From contig OZ223236.1 in assembly GCA_965140445.1 (NCBI GenBank), positions 4,480,001 through 4,544,000 on the forward strand: a stretch of 64,000 nucleotides of DNA. Direction: 5' to 3'. Under the pieces are notes generated by a model. It worked only from the letters and a program-made list of their open reading frames with translations, ran no database searches and was not told the origin of the DNA. The stretch comes from Candidatus Ozemobacteraceae bacterium. Its GTDB lineage: Bacteria > Muiribacteriota > Ozemobacteria > Ozemobacterales > Ozemobacteraceae. A program made the position numbers and the translations under genes. Below are positions 53,983 through 63,798 of the stretch, piece after piece (position 1 is the stretch's first letter; each line of letters opens with the position of its first letter).

Positions 53983-56296
53983 GAAACATTGACTCCCTGG
54001 GCTCTTTGATCTTTTTAATAGCTTTCTTGCACCAGAAAACAATCGTTTCAGATTCTGATTCTGCAGCAACCTGAGTCAATCTTGGAAGAGCCTCAATTCC
54101 AGCTCCTACCAGAGCTTCATAGGCCATAGATTTTATTGAATTCTGTTCACTTGAAAAGAGATTTATAAATAGATTGGGATTGTTCTCTGCCATTACAGAC
54201 AAAATTCTTTTCGCCGTTCTTGATTCCCTGTCGTCTTTGGCTCTAGAACAGTGGTCGAAGAGTATTTGAACATCTTCTTCTGTTTCAAAATTACCCAATG
54301 ACCTCACTATTGCCATACGCACTTTAAGGGAACTATCCGCTAATCCTTCTTTTAAAATAGTTCTCGCCTTAAAACCAGGAAAATGGCCTAATGCTTCTGC
54401 TGCAGCGGTTCTAACAGACTCTTCGGAATCTTCCATCAACAGAACCAGGTAATCAACACCTCTTTCATCACCGGTTTCAGCAATAGCAATGGCTGCGTTT
54501 CTTCTTAAAGCCACATCATCGCCCTCAAGGCACTTAACCAGTTCATCGTAAACCTCTCCACCAAGCCGCTCAAATGCAAGAACAATGTTTCTATGAACAT
54601 CAGCATTCCGGTCGGAAAAGCTTCTGATAAGTGGAATAATAGCTCTTTTATCGCCAATTTTTCCAAGAGCAATTGCAGCATAAGTTCGAACCCACTCGCT
54701 GTCATCAAGCAACGCGTCAATAAGTGGTTCAATCAATTCTGGCAATCCAATTATTCCTGCAGCCTGACAAGCGTATAGACGTAGCTCAGCATCGCCCTTC
54801 TTCATCGCTTCCACAATTCTATCAAGGTGAAGGTGACCAATTTCTTTTAAAATTTTTCCAACCCAGAAACGAATATCTTCATTATCGCTGGAAACCCGGC
54901 GAAGCAGATCATCAACGATGAGATTTTCCTGTCGAATAATGCTTTCTGATGCGACCTTTCTCACGCTCCAAACTTCATCTGCCAAGGAGTTAATCAGGCT
55001 TCTAACTACTCCTGGGTCAAATGAACCGGCAAGAGCTTTTGCTGAAAAGAAACGAATTTCCCGACTAGGGTCATTCAAAGCCTTAACCAGAAAAGGAACT
55101 CCAGGCTCCCCGATACTCTCTAGAATTCTAGTAACCCAGTATCTAACATCTTCATTTGGACTTGATAATGCTTCGGCGATTTTTTCAACTCCCAGTTCAC
55201 CAATCTCAGTTAAAGCATAAGCACAGCTTCTCCTGACATTCCAATCATCGTTAGACAACCCTGTAATCAGCACAGGAACGGCCCTTGGACTACCTATTTC
55301 CCCAAGCGCTGATGCTGCAAAAGAAAGAATTTCTGGATTACTAAGTTTGAAAAGCCTCATTAAAGGTTCAACGACTCTAGATCCTATTTTTGCAATGGAT
55401 TGCCTGATAAGAAATCGTTGGTTATCATCCATTTTTATTATTTCGTCAAATAGTCTTTCCAAACCTCGATTACCTGACTTAACCAAAGCCCTTAAACAGC
55501 CGTCACGAATATCTTCATTTGGGCCTCTAAGGTATTCAAGCATCATATCAATTGCATTTTCGCCAATTTCGGCCAAGGCCATTGTTGCACTTTTCCGGAT
55601 TGTCCAATCAGGGTCTGCAAGAGATTCAATTAAAACCTTAATAACCCTTTTATCCCCAGATTCACCAAGGGCAGCAGCAATAATATACCTGGTCTTCTTG
55701 TCTCCGCGCCTTAGAGCATCAAGCAAAAATCTTTGCGCTTTGGCCCCCAGGCGACCTAGAGTTTTTATCGCCCAGAATCTAATATCTTCGTCTTCTGTAA
55801 CACCTAAAACTTGTTGAACTGGTGCAATAATAGCTTCGCCATATTTTACCAGGGCATCTGAGGCAGATTTTCTTACCCGCCATTTAGGATCGCCCAGCGC
55901 TCGCAGCAAAGCGGTTACACCCTGAGGAGACCTTGTGTTACCAAGTGCAGAGCAGGCAAAATATCTCATCTCGCCATTGGGGCTCTTCATTGCTCTTAGA
56001 ATTGATGGAATTCCCTTTTGCCCAATTCCGCCCAAAATATTCAGCGACCAATGCTGAATGTCCTGATTATACGAGTTAAGCGCAACAGACAAAACAGGTG
56101 CAGCCTCTTCTCCATATTCTGCAATTTTTTCAGACGCAAAACGTCTAACCATCCAAGATTCGTCACCAAGGCAATTTACAAGAAATTGTAAAATGACTGG
56201 ACTCTTATTCTGACAAATCTTTTTAATAATCTGGTTCTTCTTGTCTTTGTCTGCATTGCCAAAGGTTTCTATCAAGTGCTGAATGTTTTGTTCCAT
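53975..56296 (-). CDS. PBS-lyase-type HEAT-repeat protein
   Basis: About 31-aa repeats (LxDxxWxVRxxAxxAL) over the whole 773 aa. Confidence 0.9.
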   Translation of the reverse strand: MEQNIQHLIETFGNADKDKKNQIIKKICQNKSPVILQFLVNCLGDESWMVRRFASEKIAEYGEEAAPVLSVALNSYNQDIQHWSLNILGGIGQKGIPSILRAMKSPNGEMRYFACSALGNTRSPQGVTALLRALGDPKWRVRKSASDALVKYGEAIIAPVQQVLGVTEDEDIRFWAIKTLGRLGAKAQRFLLDALRRGDKKTRYIIAAALGESGDKRVIKVLIESLADPDWTIRKSATMALAEIGENAIDMMLEYLRGPNEDIRDGCLRALVKSGNRGLERLFDEIIKMDDNQRFLIRQSIAKIGSRVVEPLMRLFKLSNPEILSFAASALGEIGSPRAVPVLITGLSNDDWNVRRSCAYALTEIGELGVEKIAEALSSPNEDVRYWVTRILESIGEPGVPFLVKALNDPSREIRFFSAKALAGSFDPGVVRSLINSLADEVWSVRKVASESIIRQENLIVDDLLRRVSSDNEDIRFWVGKILKEIGHLHLDRIVEAMKKGDAELRLYACQAAGIIGLPELIEPLIDALLDDSEWVRTYAAIALGKIGDKRAIIPLIRSFSDRNADVHRNIVLAFERLGGEVYDELVKCLEGDDVALRRNAAIAIAETGDERGVDYLVLLMEDSEESVRTAAAEALGHFPGFKARTILKEGLADSSLKVRMAIVRSLGNFETEEDVQILFDHCSRAKDDRESRTAKRILSVMAENNPNLFINLFSSEQNSIKSMAYEALVGAGIEALPRLTQVAAESESETIVFWCKKAIKKIKEPRESMFHG

Positions 56297-56316
56297 AATA
56301 ATCCTGAATCTTTTTT

Positions 56317-57591
56317 TTATTCCAAGCCTGGAGTTAATGTGCCTATCTGCTTCGGGATATCTGTTGCTTGAGAAGCCGCTTCAATTGGAGAGGTCGGCGT
56401 TGCCAATTCCGAGATCTCGACCTGAATTTTTTCTGGAGAAATTCTTTTCACTGAAATTTGATCTGGCAATCCCGTTGGCACTGTTAATGGCACATCATAC
56501 TGCCCAGACTTCATTTTGGTAATGTCTAATACCAGCTTCAGTTGAGAGTCGCGAACCTTTTCAAGGTCCTCAACAAAACCTTCCATTTCCAAACTATAAG
56601 ATGCCACAGAAACAGCGACATGCTGCCCTTTATCTTTTCTTAGTTCAAAAGTGAGTCCGGTAAGCTGCCGAACAACCTTTGCCTTTCCAACTCTGAAAGA
56701 AATAGCCATAGAGTCGGACCCCACAAATTTAACTTTTTCAGATGGCAATTCCAGCTTAACGGTAAAAGTGCCATTGTCCCTTAATTTTGAAAGATCAAAA
56801 GCTTTTGAATTAACACTGCGAATCTGGTCCAGCAAACGACTTGGGCCTGACAAGGCAACTTCTCGTGGAGAGATTGAAAAATTCTCAAGTTTTATCCCTT
56901 CGGGAGGTTTATTAATGAAAACCGGTTTTGCTAATTCTACTAATTTAGTTGGATACCCCTGTTTAACGGTGACGTCAACGCTAACCTTATCAGGAATTGC
57001 ACGAATCTCTCGCTCTGCTTCACCTGATTCTAGAAATATCTTCACAGGCCGATTTTCGCTAACCGAATTTTTAACTTGATCCAATACAAGCTCAACCTGG
57101 CAGGCGGTAACTTTATTTATCAAGTCTTCTGGCCCTTCAAGAACTATTTCTTCGGGTGAAATCCTTGGAGATTCTGCAATATATCCTTCTGCAGTCTGAC
57201 CCTGGATCTCAACCGAAATATCAAACTCTTTTCTGATTAATGGAACCGCAGAAATTTCTATTTGAGGTGGGTTTACAGCCACGACAGACAAACCAGAAGA
57301 TGCAGTAACCTTAACAGGCAGCATAGCCCTTCCTGGTCTTAGGTTATACAAATCGACAGTTGCTTCTACTCGTTTTACTCCCGACATTATAAAATCCCGC
57401 CTGTTTCCCTGAAGTTCAATTTCTACTTTTGGTCTATCAGGAGTCAGCTTCATTAAATATGGGCTGTTTCTATACTCTACAGAGGATTCAACTGTTCTTT
57501 TTATTTGTGGTGGAATAACAAGATTTACGTATACCCAGGCAAAAATACCTAGAAACACAGAAACGATCTTTAGTCCTAATCTATTATTCAT
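56317..57591 (-). CDS. cdaR: YbbR-domain diadenylate cyclase regulator
   Basis: KIVSVFLGIFAWVYV TM followed by YbbR-like beta repeats; overlaps cdaA stop. Confidence 0.85.
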   Translation of the reverse strand: MNNRLGLKIVSVFLGIFAWVYVNLVIPPQIKRTVESSVEYRNSPYLMKLTPDRPKVEIELQGNRRDFIMSGVKRVEATVDLYNLRPGRAMLPVKVTASSGLSVVAVNPPQIEISAVPLIRKEFDISVEIQGQTAEGYIAESPRISPEEIVLEGPEDLINKVTACQVELVLDQVKNSVSENRPVKIFLESGEAEREIRAIPDKVSVDVTVKQGYPTKLVELAKPVFINKPPEGIKLENFSISPREVALSGPSRLLDQIRSVNSKAFDLSKLRDNGTFTVKLELPSEKVKFVGSDSMAISFRVGKAKVVRQLTGLTFELRKDKGQHVAVSVASYSLEMEGFVEDLEKVRDSQLKLVLDITKMKSGQYDVPLTVPTGLPDQISVKRISPEKIQVEISELATPTSPIEAASQATDIPKQIGTLTPGLE

Positions 57592-58403
57592 TTTTTAACA
57601 AAGATCCTCCGATTTCTTCCCGAACGACTAAATGCTGCGGCAACAAGTTTTTTAACCCTGTCCATGTTCAGGTTGCGACTTAGTTTTCCGCCTTTTGCCT
57701 TTGAAATTGTTCCAGTTTCTTCACTAACCACAAAAACAAGTGCATCGGTAATTTCAGTAATTCCAATAGCGGCGCGATGCCTGGAACCAAGTTCTTTTGA
57801 AATCTCACCATGATTACTTGTAGTAGGCAAGAAGCAACTCGCTGCCTCCAGAAACTGCCCTTTTATAATTACTGCACCATCGTGCAAAGGGGTAAAGGGA
57901 AGAAAAATAGTATTCATTAGTTCGGAAGTTATCCTGCTATGGAGAGGAACTCCATTTTCAATAAAATCCTTTAACCCGATTTCCTGTTCAAAAACAATTA
58001 ATGCCCCAATTCTTTTTTTGGAGCAGGTTTCAATAGTTTTACAAACCTCATCAACCATTTCCGGGATTGAGTCTTGATGGTCAAATTGCTCTCCCAGAAA
58101 ACTTCCTCGTCCAATATCTTCAAGAACCCTTCTCAGTTCTGGCTGGAAAATAACAACTAAAGCAAGAAAACCTGTAGGAAGAGCATTGGAGAGAATCCAG
58201 CTCACAGTATTGAAATCAAGGTCTTTCGTTATAATTAAAAGAATTAGAATTATTCCCAGCCCTTTTAACAAGTTAAAAGCTCGGGTTCCTTCTATGAAAA
58301 GCAATCCGCGATATATTCCGTAGCTAACCAGCACAATGTCGAGAAAATCTATAAAAGATATGTCTCGAACTATTGCCAGAATAAGATTCAATAGAACGTC
58401 CAA
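57588..58403 (-). CDS. cdaA: Diadenylate cyclase
   Basis: 3 TM helices, FQPELRR, PLHDGA, GSRHRAA, VSEETG. Confidence 0.95.
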   Translation of the reverse strand: MDVLLNLILAIVRDISFIDFLDIVLVSYGIYRGLLFIEGTRAFNLLKGLGIILILLIITKDLDFNTVSWILSNALPTGFLALVVIFQPELRRVLEDIGRGSFLGEQFDHQDSIPEMVDEVCKTIETCSKKRIGALIVFEQEIGLKDFIENGVPLHSRITSELMNTIFLPFTPLHDGAVIIKGQFLEAASCFLPTTSNHGEISKELGSRHRAAIGITEITDALVFVVSEETGTISKAKGGKLSRNLNMDRVKKLVAAAFSRSGRNRRIFVKK

Positions 58404-58412
58404 GGTCTTAGT

Positions 58413-59291
58413 TTACTCCAAATTCTTCAATATTTTTTTTATCGTGTCAAAAGTGCTATCAGCAGGCTCACAAAGAGGAAGTCTGCATTCAGTTTTCATA
58501 ACTCCCTTGATAGATAAAGCCGCTTTTGTTGGCAAAGGATTAGACTCCACAAATAAGCCATGATGTAAATCCAGTAATTTAAAATGAAGTTCTTTTGCCT
58601 TTTGCCAGTCACCAGTCAATGCTGCGTCGTTGAATTGCTTCATTAAAAAGGGTTCAACGTTGGCTGTCACAGAAATAGTTCCCTTTGCTCCACAAGCCAT
58701 TATAGGGAAATTTAAAGCGTCATCACCAGAGAAAACATTAAAATTAGCTGGAGCCTTTTTCAAAATTTCCATTATCTGGTTCAAATTTCCAGAAGCTTCC
58801 TTGATTGCACAGATATTACCAACTTCAGCAAGTTCTAGAGTAGTATCTGCATTCATATTCACACCAGTTCTACCTGGCACATTATAAAGGACTACCGGAA
58901 GTGATGTTGCTGCCGCAACTCTTCTATAGTGACATTTCATACCATTTTGAGTTGGCTTATTGTAATAAGGAACAACAACAAGAACTGCATCAGCTCCCAA
59001 TTCAGCTGCTTTTGCAGTCAATTTTTCTGTAGAATTCGTACAATTGCTTCCAGTGCCGAACATAATAGGAATTTTTCCTGCAGACTTGGCTTTAACAACC
59101 TTCATCAGCTCCGCTTTTTCTTCAAAACTCATAGTAGCCGCTTCGCCAGTGGTTCCACAAACCAACAATCCGTCAGTGCCAGAATTAAGATGCATTTCTA
59201 CAAGTTTTTCTACTGCAGGAAAATCTATTTTTCCATCAACAAACGGTGTAACCAGAGCGACCCATGAACCTTTTAAAAAATTGTGCGACAT
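58413..59291 (-). CDS. dapA: 4-hydroxy-tetrahydrodipicolinate synthase
   Basis: ALVTPF, GTTGE, YNVPGRT, IKEASG. Confidence 0.97.
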   Translation of the reverse strand: MSHNFLKGSWVALVTPFVDGKIDFPAVEKLVEMHLNSGTDGLLVCGTTGEAATMSFEEKAELMKVVKAKSAGKIPIMFGTGSNCTNSTEKLTAKAAELGADAVLVVVPYYNKPTQNGMKCHYRRVAAATSLPVVLYNVPGRTGVNMNADTTLELAEVGNICAIKEASGNLNQIMEILKKAPANFNVFSGDDALNFPIMACGAKGTISVTANVEPFLMKQFNDAALTGDWQKAKELHFKLLDLHHGLFVESNPLPTKAALSIKGVMKTECRLPLCEPADSTFDTIKKILKNLE

Positions 59292-59455
59292 TTGAATCCT
59301 TCCTATTAAGTAATTCTCTAAACAGTGCTATGAATATAACACATGGAAAAACTTTTTCCCAATAAACTAAATGCTAAATTTAATTGTTTTTTTTACGATA
59401 AATTACTGTCTTTAATTTGACTTATCAATGCTGGTGAAGGTATTTTATCTTTTAC

Positions 59456-60142
59456 ATGATGCAATCCGACAAAACAGGCGAAATAAAATTGCGAGCACTT
59501 GTGGTTTTTTGCGACCCTCGAGATGCTGAGTTTTGTCCTGTACAAGAGTTAAACCTTCCAACTGCTGTGGAAAACATAGAAGTTGCCGTTTCAAATTCTG
59601 CACAGGAAAAGGGATATTTTAGAAAGCTTTCATTGGACTTTAAAGTTCATACAGAGCTTGATGAAGAAAGCCTTTTTCTAAAAATGAATTCTTATGATTT
59701 CCTCCTCGTTCATCCCTTGAGTTTGAATACTCTGGCGAAGTTATCGCTAGGGATTGGAGACTCATTTCCTACAAGGCTTCTTCTTATGGCTATTGAAAAC
59801 AACAAACCGATCCTTCTTTCAGAAGAATTTATGCCCTTACCTGAAAAGTTTTCAAATCCCCATTTTTCCAGAATTTATAAGAATTACTGGGAAAGTTTGC
59901 TGGTTGGTAATATTTCCAGCTTTAACTCTGAAAATCTCGAAAGCAAATTGGTTAGAATTATTCGCAGCATGAAATCCAGCAAAAACCTTGTTTCAAATAC
60001 TGGCAGAACTTTTATTACCAGCGAAGATATAATTGTTGCGGCCGACTCTCTACAACCATTAAGAGTGCCTTCAAATGCCATCATAACATCGGTAGCAGAA
60101 GAAGAAGCAGCAAGACTAGGTGTAATCATCATCAGGGAATGA
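59456..60142 (+). CDS. Flavoprotein-family (HFCD-like) protein with small C-terminal domain
   Basis: LVHPLSLNTLAKLSLGIGDS...NKPILL; C-terminal FITSEDI...AIITSVAEEEAARLGVII. Confidence 0.65.
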   Translation: MMQSDKTGEIKLRALVVFCDPRDAEFCPVQELNLPTAVENIEVAVSNSAQEKGYFRKLSLDFKVHTELDEESLFLKMNSYDFLLVHPLSLNTLAKLSLGIGDSFPTRLLLMAIENNKPILLSEEFMPLPEKFSNPHFSRIYKNYWESLLVGNISSFNSENLESKLVRIIRSMKSSKNLVSNTGRTFITSEDIIVAADSLQPLRVPSNAIITSVAEEEAARLGVIIIRE

Positions 60143-61062
60143 AACAAAGCCCTATGAACAAAGATTCTCTGGTAGAAAAACGACTCCCCGAAATAAAAAA
60201 GCTATTGTCTCCATGCGTTCTATGCCCTCGCGAATGCAAAGCTCTAAGACTCGAAGGAAAAACAGGTTTTTGTAAAACCACAGACCAGATAAAAATAGCT
60301 TCCTGGGCATGTCATAGAGGCGAAGAACCACCCATATCCGGAACTTCTGGCTCTGGAACTATTTTTTCCTCTAACTGCACTCTAGGCTGCATTTTTTGCC
60401 AAAATTTTCCCTTCAGCCAGTTGGGTAATGGACAGATTATGTCTTCAGAAAAGCTGGCTCTCAAATTTGATTATTTATGCAAACAGGGAGTTCATAATCT
60501 AAACTTTGTTACGCCAACGCATGTTATACCACTTCTTTTGGAAGCCTGGCTTCTGGCTGAAGATAAAACAAAGCAGCTTCCGCTGGTTTACAACACATCC
60601 GGATACGATTCATTGCCTCTATTAAAACTTCTTGACGGTATTATTGACGTGTATCTTCCAGATATAAAATACTCAAACGACCTAACCGCTATGGATTTAT
60701 CAAAAGCGCCCAACTTTGTAGAGAGTAATAGAGCTGCGATTTTAGAGATGTTCAGACAAGCGGGGGAACTTCAACTCGATAAAAAGGGAATTGCTAAAAA
60801 GGGAATTATAATTAGACATCTTGTACTTCCCGAAAATTTATCAGGAACCAGAGAATCTTTTGAATGGATAAGAAACCAACTTGGAACGACTGTCCACATA
60901 AGCCTTATGAGTCAATATTTTCCCGCGCACAATGCATTTTCACACAAATCAATTAGTAGACCAATAACAGAAGAAGAGTATTCTGAGGTAATTCAGACAG
61001 TTGAAGATCTTGGCTTTACAAATGTCTGGGCCCAAGACCCCACAATCCCAGGAGGAGCCTAG
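60139..61062 (+). CDS. PflX-like radical SAM protein
   Basis: CVLCPREC, HRGEEPPISG, CTLGCIFCQN, IIRHLVLP. Confidence 0.85.
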   Translation: MKQSPMNKDSLVEKRLPEIKKLLSPCVLCPRECKALRLEGKTGFCKTTDQIKIASWACHRGEEPPISGTSGSGTIFSSNCTLGCIFCQNFPFSQLGNGQIMSSEKLALKFDYLCKQGVHNLNFVTPTHVIPLLLEAWLLAEDKTKQLPLVYNTSGYDSLPLLKLLDGIIDVYLPDIKYSNDLTAMDLSKAPNFVESNRAAILEMFRQAGELQLDKKGIAKKGIIIRHLVLPENLSGTRESFEWIRNQLGTTVHISLMSQYFPAHNAFSHKSISRPITEEEYSEVIQTVEDLGFTNVWAQDPTIPGGA

Positions 61063-61096
61063 AATAAGACTTTTGAGCCAATCAAAGATTCTTTTC

Positions 61097-61125
61097 TTGG
61101 CCTGAGGCTAAAGGCGTGATATAAT
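61097..61125 (+). promoter_or_regulatory. Sigma70 extended -10 promoter for yebC
   Basis: TTGGCC-17 nt-TATAAT with TGn. Confidence 0.7.
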
Positions 61126-61160
61126 TTTTTTCTATTACTTCCCAAATCAGGAGGGACCCC

Positions 61161-61925
61161 ATGTCAGGTCATAATAAGTGGGCCAAAGTTAAACACGTTA
61201 AGGCTAAAATGGATGCTATCAAAGGGAAAGCATTCACTAAAGTCATCAAGGAAATTACTATCGCAGCAAAAGAAGGCGGTGGAGATCCTGACCAGAACCC
61301 AAGATTAAGAACAGCTTTATCAGCTGCAAAAGATTGTAATATGCCTAAAGACAATATCGAAAGAGCCATAAAAAAAGGCACTGGAGAATTGGAAGGCGTT
61401 AATTACGAAGATATCACTTATGAAGGTTATGGCCCAGGTGGAGTTGCAGTAATGGTTAGATGCCTTACCGACAACACCAACCGAACTGTTGCTGAAGTAA
61501 ACAAAATCCTTAGCAAGGGTGGCGGAAAAATGGGAGTTCCCGGTTGCGTTTCATTCATGTTTGAAACCAAAGGTTTCTTTTTTGCTCCAAAAGAAGAAAA
61601 TCCTGAACTGACTGAAGAATCCCTTATGGATATCGTTATTGAAGCTGGCGCAGACGACATGAAGAACCTGGACGATGGTTTTGAAATTCTGTGTGAGCCA
61701 AAAGCATACATGGAAGCAAGACAAATTCTTGATGAAAAGAACATAAAAGTTGAAGAATCAAGAGTTACAAATCTTCCCAAAACAACTGTAAAAGTTACAG
61801 GCGCAGATGTGCCTAAGATTTTGAAACTTATAGACACTCTTGACGAACACGATGACGTTCAGGATGTTTACCATAATTATGAAATTTCTGATGAAGAAAT
61901 GGAAAAAGCTCTGGCTGAAATGTAA
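61161..61925 (+). CDS. yebC: YebC/PmpR family protein
   Basis: MSGHNKW, YEGYGPGG, TDNTNRT, DDVQDVYHN. Confidence 0.95.
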   Translation: MSGHNKWAKVKHVKAKMDAIKGKAFTKVIKEITIAAKEGGGDPDQNPRLRTALSAAKDCNMPKDNIERAIKKGTGELEGVNYEDITYEGYGPGGVAVMVRCLTDNTNRTVAEVNKILSKGGGKMGVPGCVSFMFETKGFFFAPKEENPELTEESLMDIVIEAGADDMKNLDDGFEILCEPKAYMEARQILDEKNIKVEESRVTNLPKTTVKVTGADVPKILKLIDTLDEHDDVQDVYHNYEISDEEMEKALAEM

Positions 61926-61940
61926 TTCAGCCATTTAATT

Positions 61941-62000
61941 AAAGCTGCACTGCAAATCACTGTTCAGTTTAAACTGATAAACTTTGTAGTGCAGCTTTTT
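61941..62000 (+). terminator. Long hairpin between yebC and ruvA
   Basis: AAAGCTGCACTGCAAA pairs with TTTGTAGTGCAGCTTT; inner palindrome TCAGTTTAAACTGA; T tract follows. Confidence 0.6.
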
Positions 62001-62013
62001 AACATAAAAAAAC

Positions 62014-62628
62014 ATGATTGAATCAATTAGCGGAAAAATTATAAGCAAACTTCCCCACAAGGTTGTAGTTGAGCAACAGGGAATAGCATTTGAAATAAAT
62101 GTTCCATTCTCAACAAGTGGAAAACTTCCACCAGCTGGAGAAAACGGAAAAGTTCTTTGTCACCTTCATTGGCGAGAAGAAGGACCTCAACTTTTTGGAT
62201 TTGCAACAGAAGCAGAACGACAGCTTTTCAGACTGCTTACAAAAGTTAACAAGGTAGGACCCAAACTTGCAATAAACGTCATGTCTTCAACCAACCCAGA
62301 CGCTTTGGCAATGATGATTCTATCTGAAGACCTGAGGTCTCTGACCTCTCTAAAAGGTGTTGGACCAAAGTTGGCTTCAAGATTAGTTGTTGAATTAAAA
62401 GAACCAATCATGAAGCTCGGACTTGTTTCCACAGAAGCAATGGCCGACAACTCTCTGAGCGTTAAAACGAGTATTCCGTTTGAATCAGAAATAAAAGAGG
62501 CCCTTGAAACACTTGGCTACACTTCAAAAGAAATTGCAAGAAGCTTAAAAGCAGTTGTTTCTGATGTTTCAGCCGATTCAACAATAGAAGAGATCATGGA
62601 AGCAGTTTTAAGATCATTTTCTAACTAA
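62014..62628 (+). CDS. ruvA: Holliday junction branch-migration protein RuvA
   Basis: LFGF, VNKVGPKLA, LKGVGPKLA, EALETLGY. Confidence 0.93.
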   Translation: MIESISGKIISKLPHKVVVEQQGIAFEINVPFSTSGKLPPAGENGKVLCHLHWREEGPQLFGFATEAERQLFRLLTKVNKVGPKLAINVMSSTNPDALAMMILSEDLRSLTSLKGVGPKLASRLVVELKEPIMKLGLVSTEAMADNSLSVKTSIPFESEIKEALETLGYTSKEIARSLKAVVSDVSADSTIEEIMEAVLRSFSN

Positions 62629-62634
62629 GATTTA

Positions 62635-63723
62635 ATGAGTAAAGATAAAAAAAGCGAAATAGAAAAATCAATTCAAAAAGCTCTTGATGGAGTTTCAATT
62701 CTCTCACCTCATTCACTTCCAGAAGAGAATGAAATAATCCCACCAAGTCTTCGCCCCAAGAAATTTAGCGAATTCATTGGGCAAAAAGCTATTGTTGAAA
62801 AGTTAAAGGTTTTTATCTCAGCAGCCAGAGAAAGAGGAGAGCCACTTGATCACACGCTGCTCCTAGGCCCTCCCGGTCTTGGTAAAACTACCCTTGCCAA
62901 CGTAATCGCATCGGAAATGGGAGTTCAAATAAAAATAACTTCCGGCCCAGTTTTAAACAGAGCTGGAGACGTTGCAGCATTATTAACCGGATTAAAAGCC
63001 GGAGATGTATTATTTATTGATGAAATTCACCGGTTAAGTAAAAATGTTGAAGAAGTGCTTTATCCTGCAATGGAGGATTACTTCTTCGATGTACTAATTG
63101 GAAAAGGTCCCACAGCGCGAAGTATAAGAATGAAAGTTCAACCATTTACCCTAATTGGTGCAACTACTCGCGAAGGAGACATCTCTGCTCCACTGAGAAC
63201 TAGATTTGGAGTTGTTTCAAGAATCGATTACTACAAAATTAGTGAATTAAAAAAACTCATTCAATCAGTCTCAGATCGTCTCCAATATCCAGTGGAAGAG
63301 GATGCCGCAGATGAAATTTCCAGAAGAGCGCGCGGCACACCACGTGTAGCAATACGCCTCTTTAAAAGAATGAGAGACGTTGCACAGGTAAATCGACACC
63401 CTACTGTTGATGTTGAAGTTGTTAATAAAGGCATGCAAATGCTTCAGGTAGACCGAATGGGTCTGGATTACATCGACAGGAAAATCCTTGAAATTCTGTT
63501 AAATAGATTTGACGGAGGTCCAGTAAGCCTGGACACACTTTCTGTTTCAGTAGGCGAAGAAGCAGACACCATATATGACGTATATGAAAGTTTCCTTATC
63601 CAGATAGGCTTTTTAACTCGCACCAGCAGAGGACGAGTAGCCACAAAAGCGGCATATGAGTATTTAGGAATAAAACCTCCCGAACCTATTGCCCCTGACA
63701 CCAAACAACTGGACCTTTTTTAA
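62635..63723 (+). CDS. ruvB: Holliday junction helicase RuvB
   Basis: LRPKKF, GPPGLGKTT, FIDEIHR, RGTPR. Confidence 0.97.
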   Translation: MSKDKKSEIEKSIQKALDGVSILSPHSLPEENEIIPPSLRPKKFSEFIGQKAIVEKLKVFISAARERGEPLDHTLLLGPPGLGKTTLANVIASEMGVQIKITSGPVLNRAGDVAALLTGLKAGDVLFIDEIHRLSKNVEEVLYPAMEDYFFDVLIGKGPTARSIRMKVQPFTLIGATTREGDISAPLRTRFGVVSRIDYYKISELKKLIQSVSDRLQYPVEEDAADEISRRARGTPRVAIRLFKRMRDVAQVNRHPTVDVEVVNKGMQMLQVDRMGLDYIDRKILEILLNRFDGGPVSLDTLSVSVGEEADTIYDVYESFLIQIGFLTRTSRGRVATKAAYEYLGIKPPEPIAPDTKQLDLF

Positions 63724-63798
63724 GCAACGCCTTCAGTTGAATTTTATCGTTGGAAGCGGTAGACTTTCAAAAATAAAATCAATCTGGGCGGTACATTT

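Noticed and set aside
59292..59455. Lysine riboswitch upstream of dapA
   Set aside because: Short AT-rich divergent promoter region without the long paired structure
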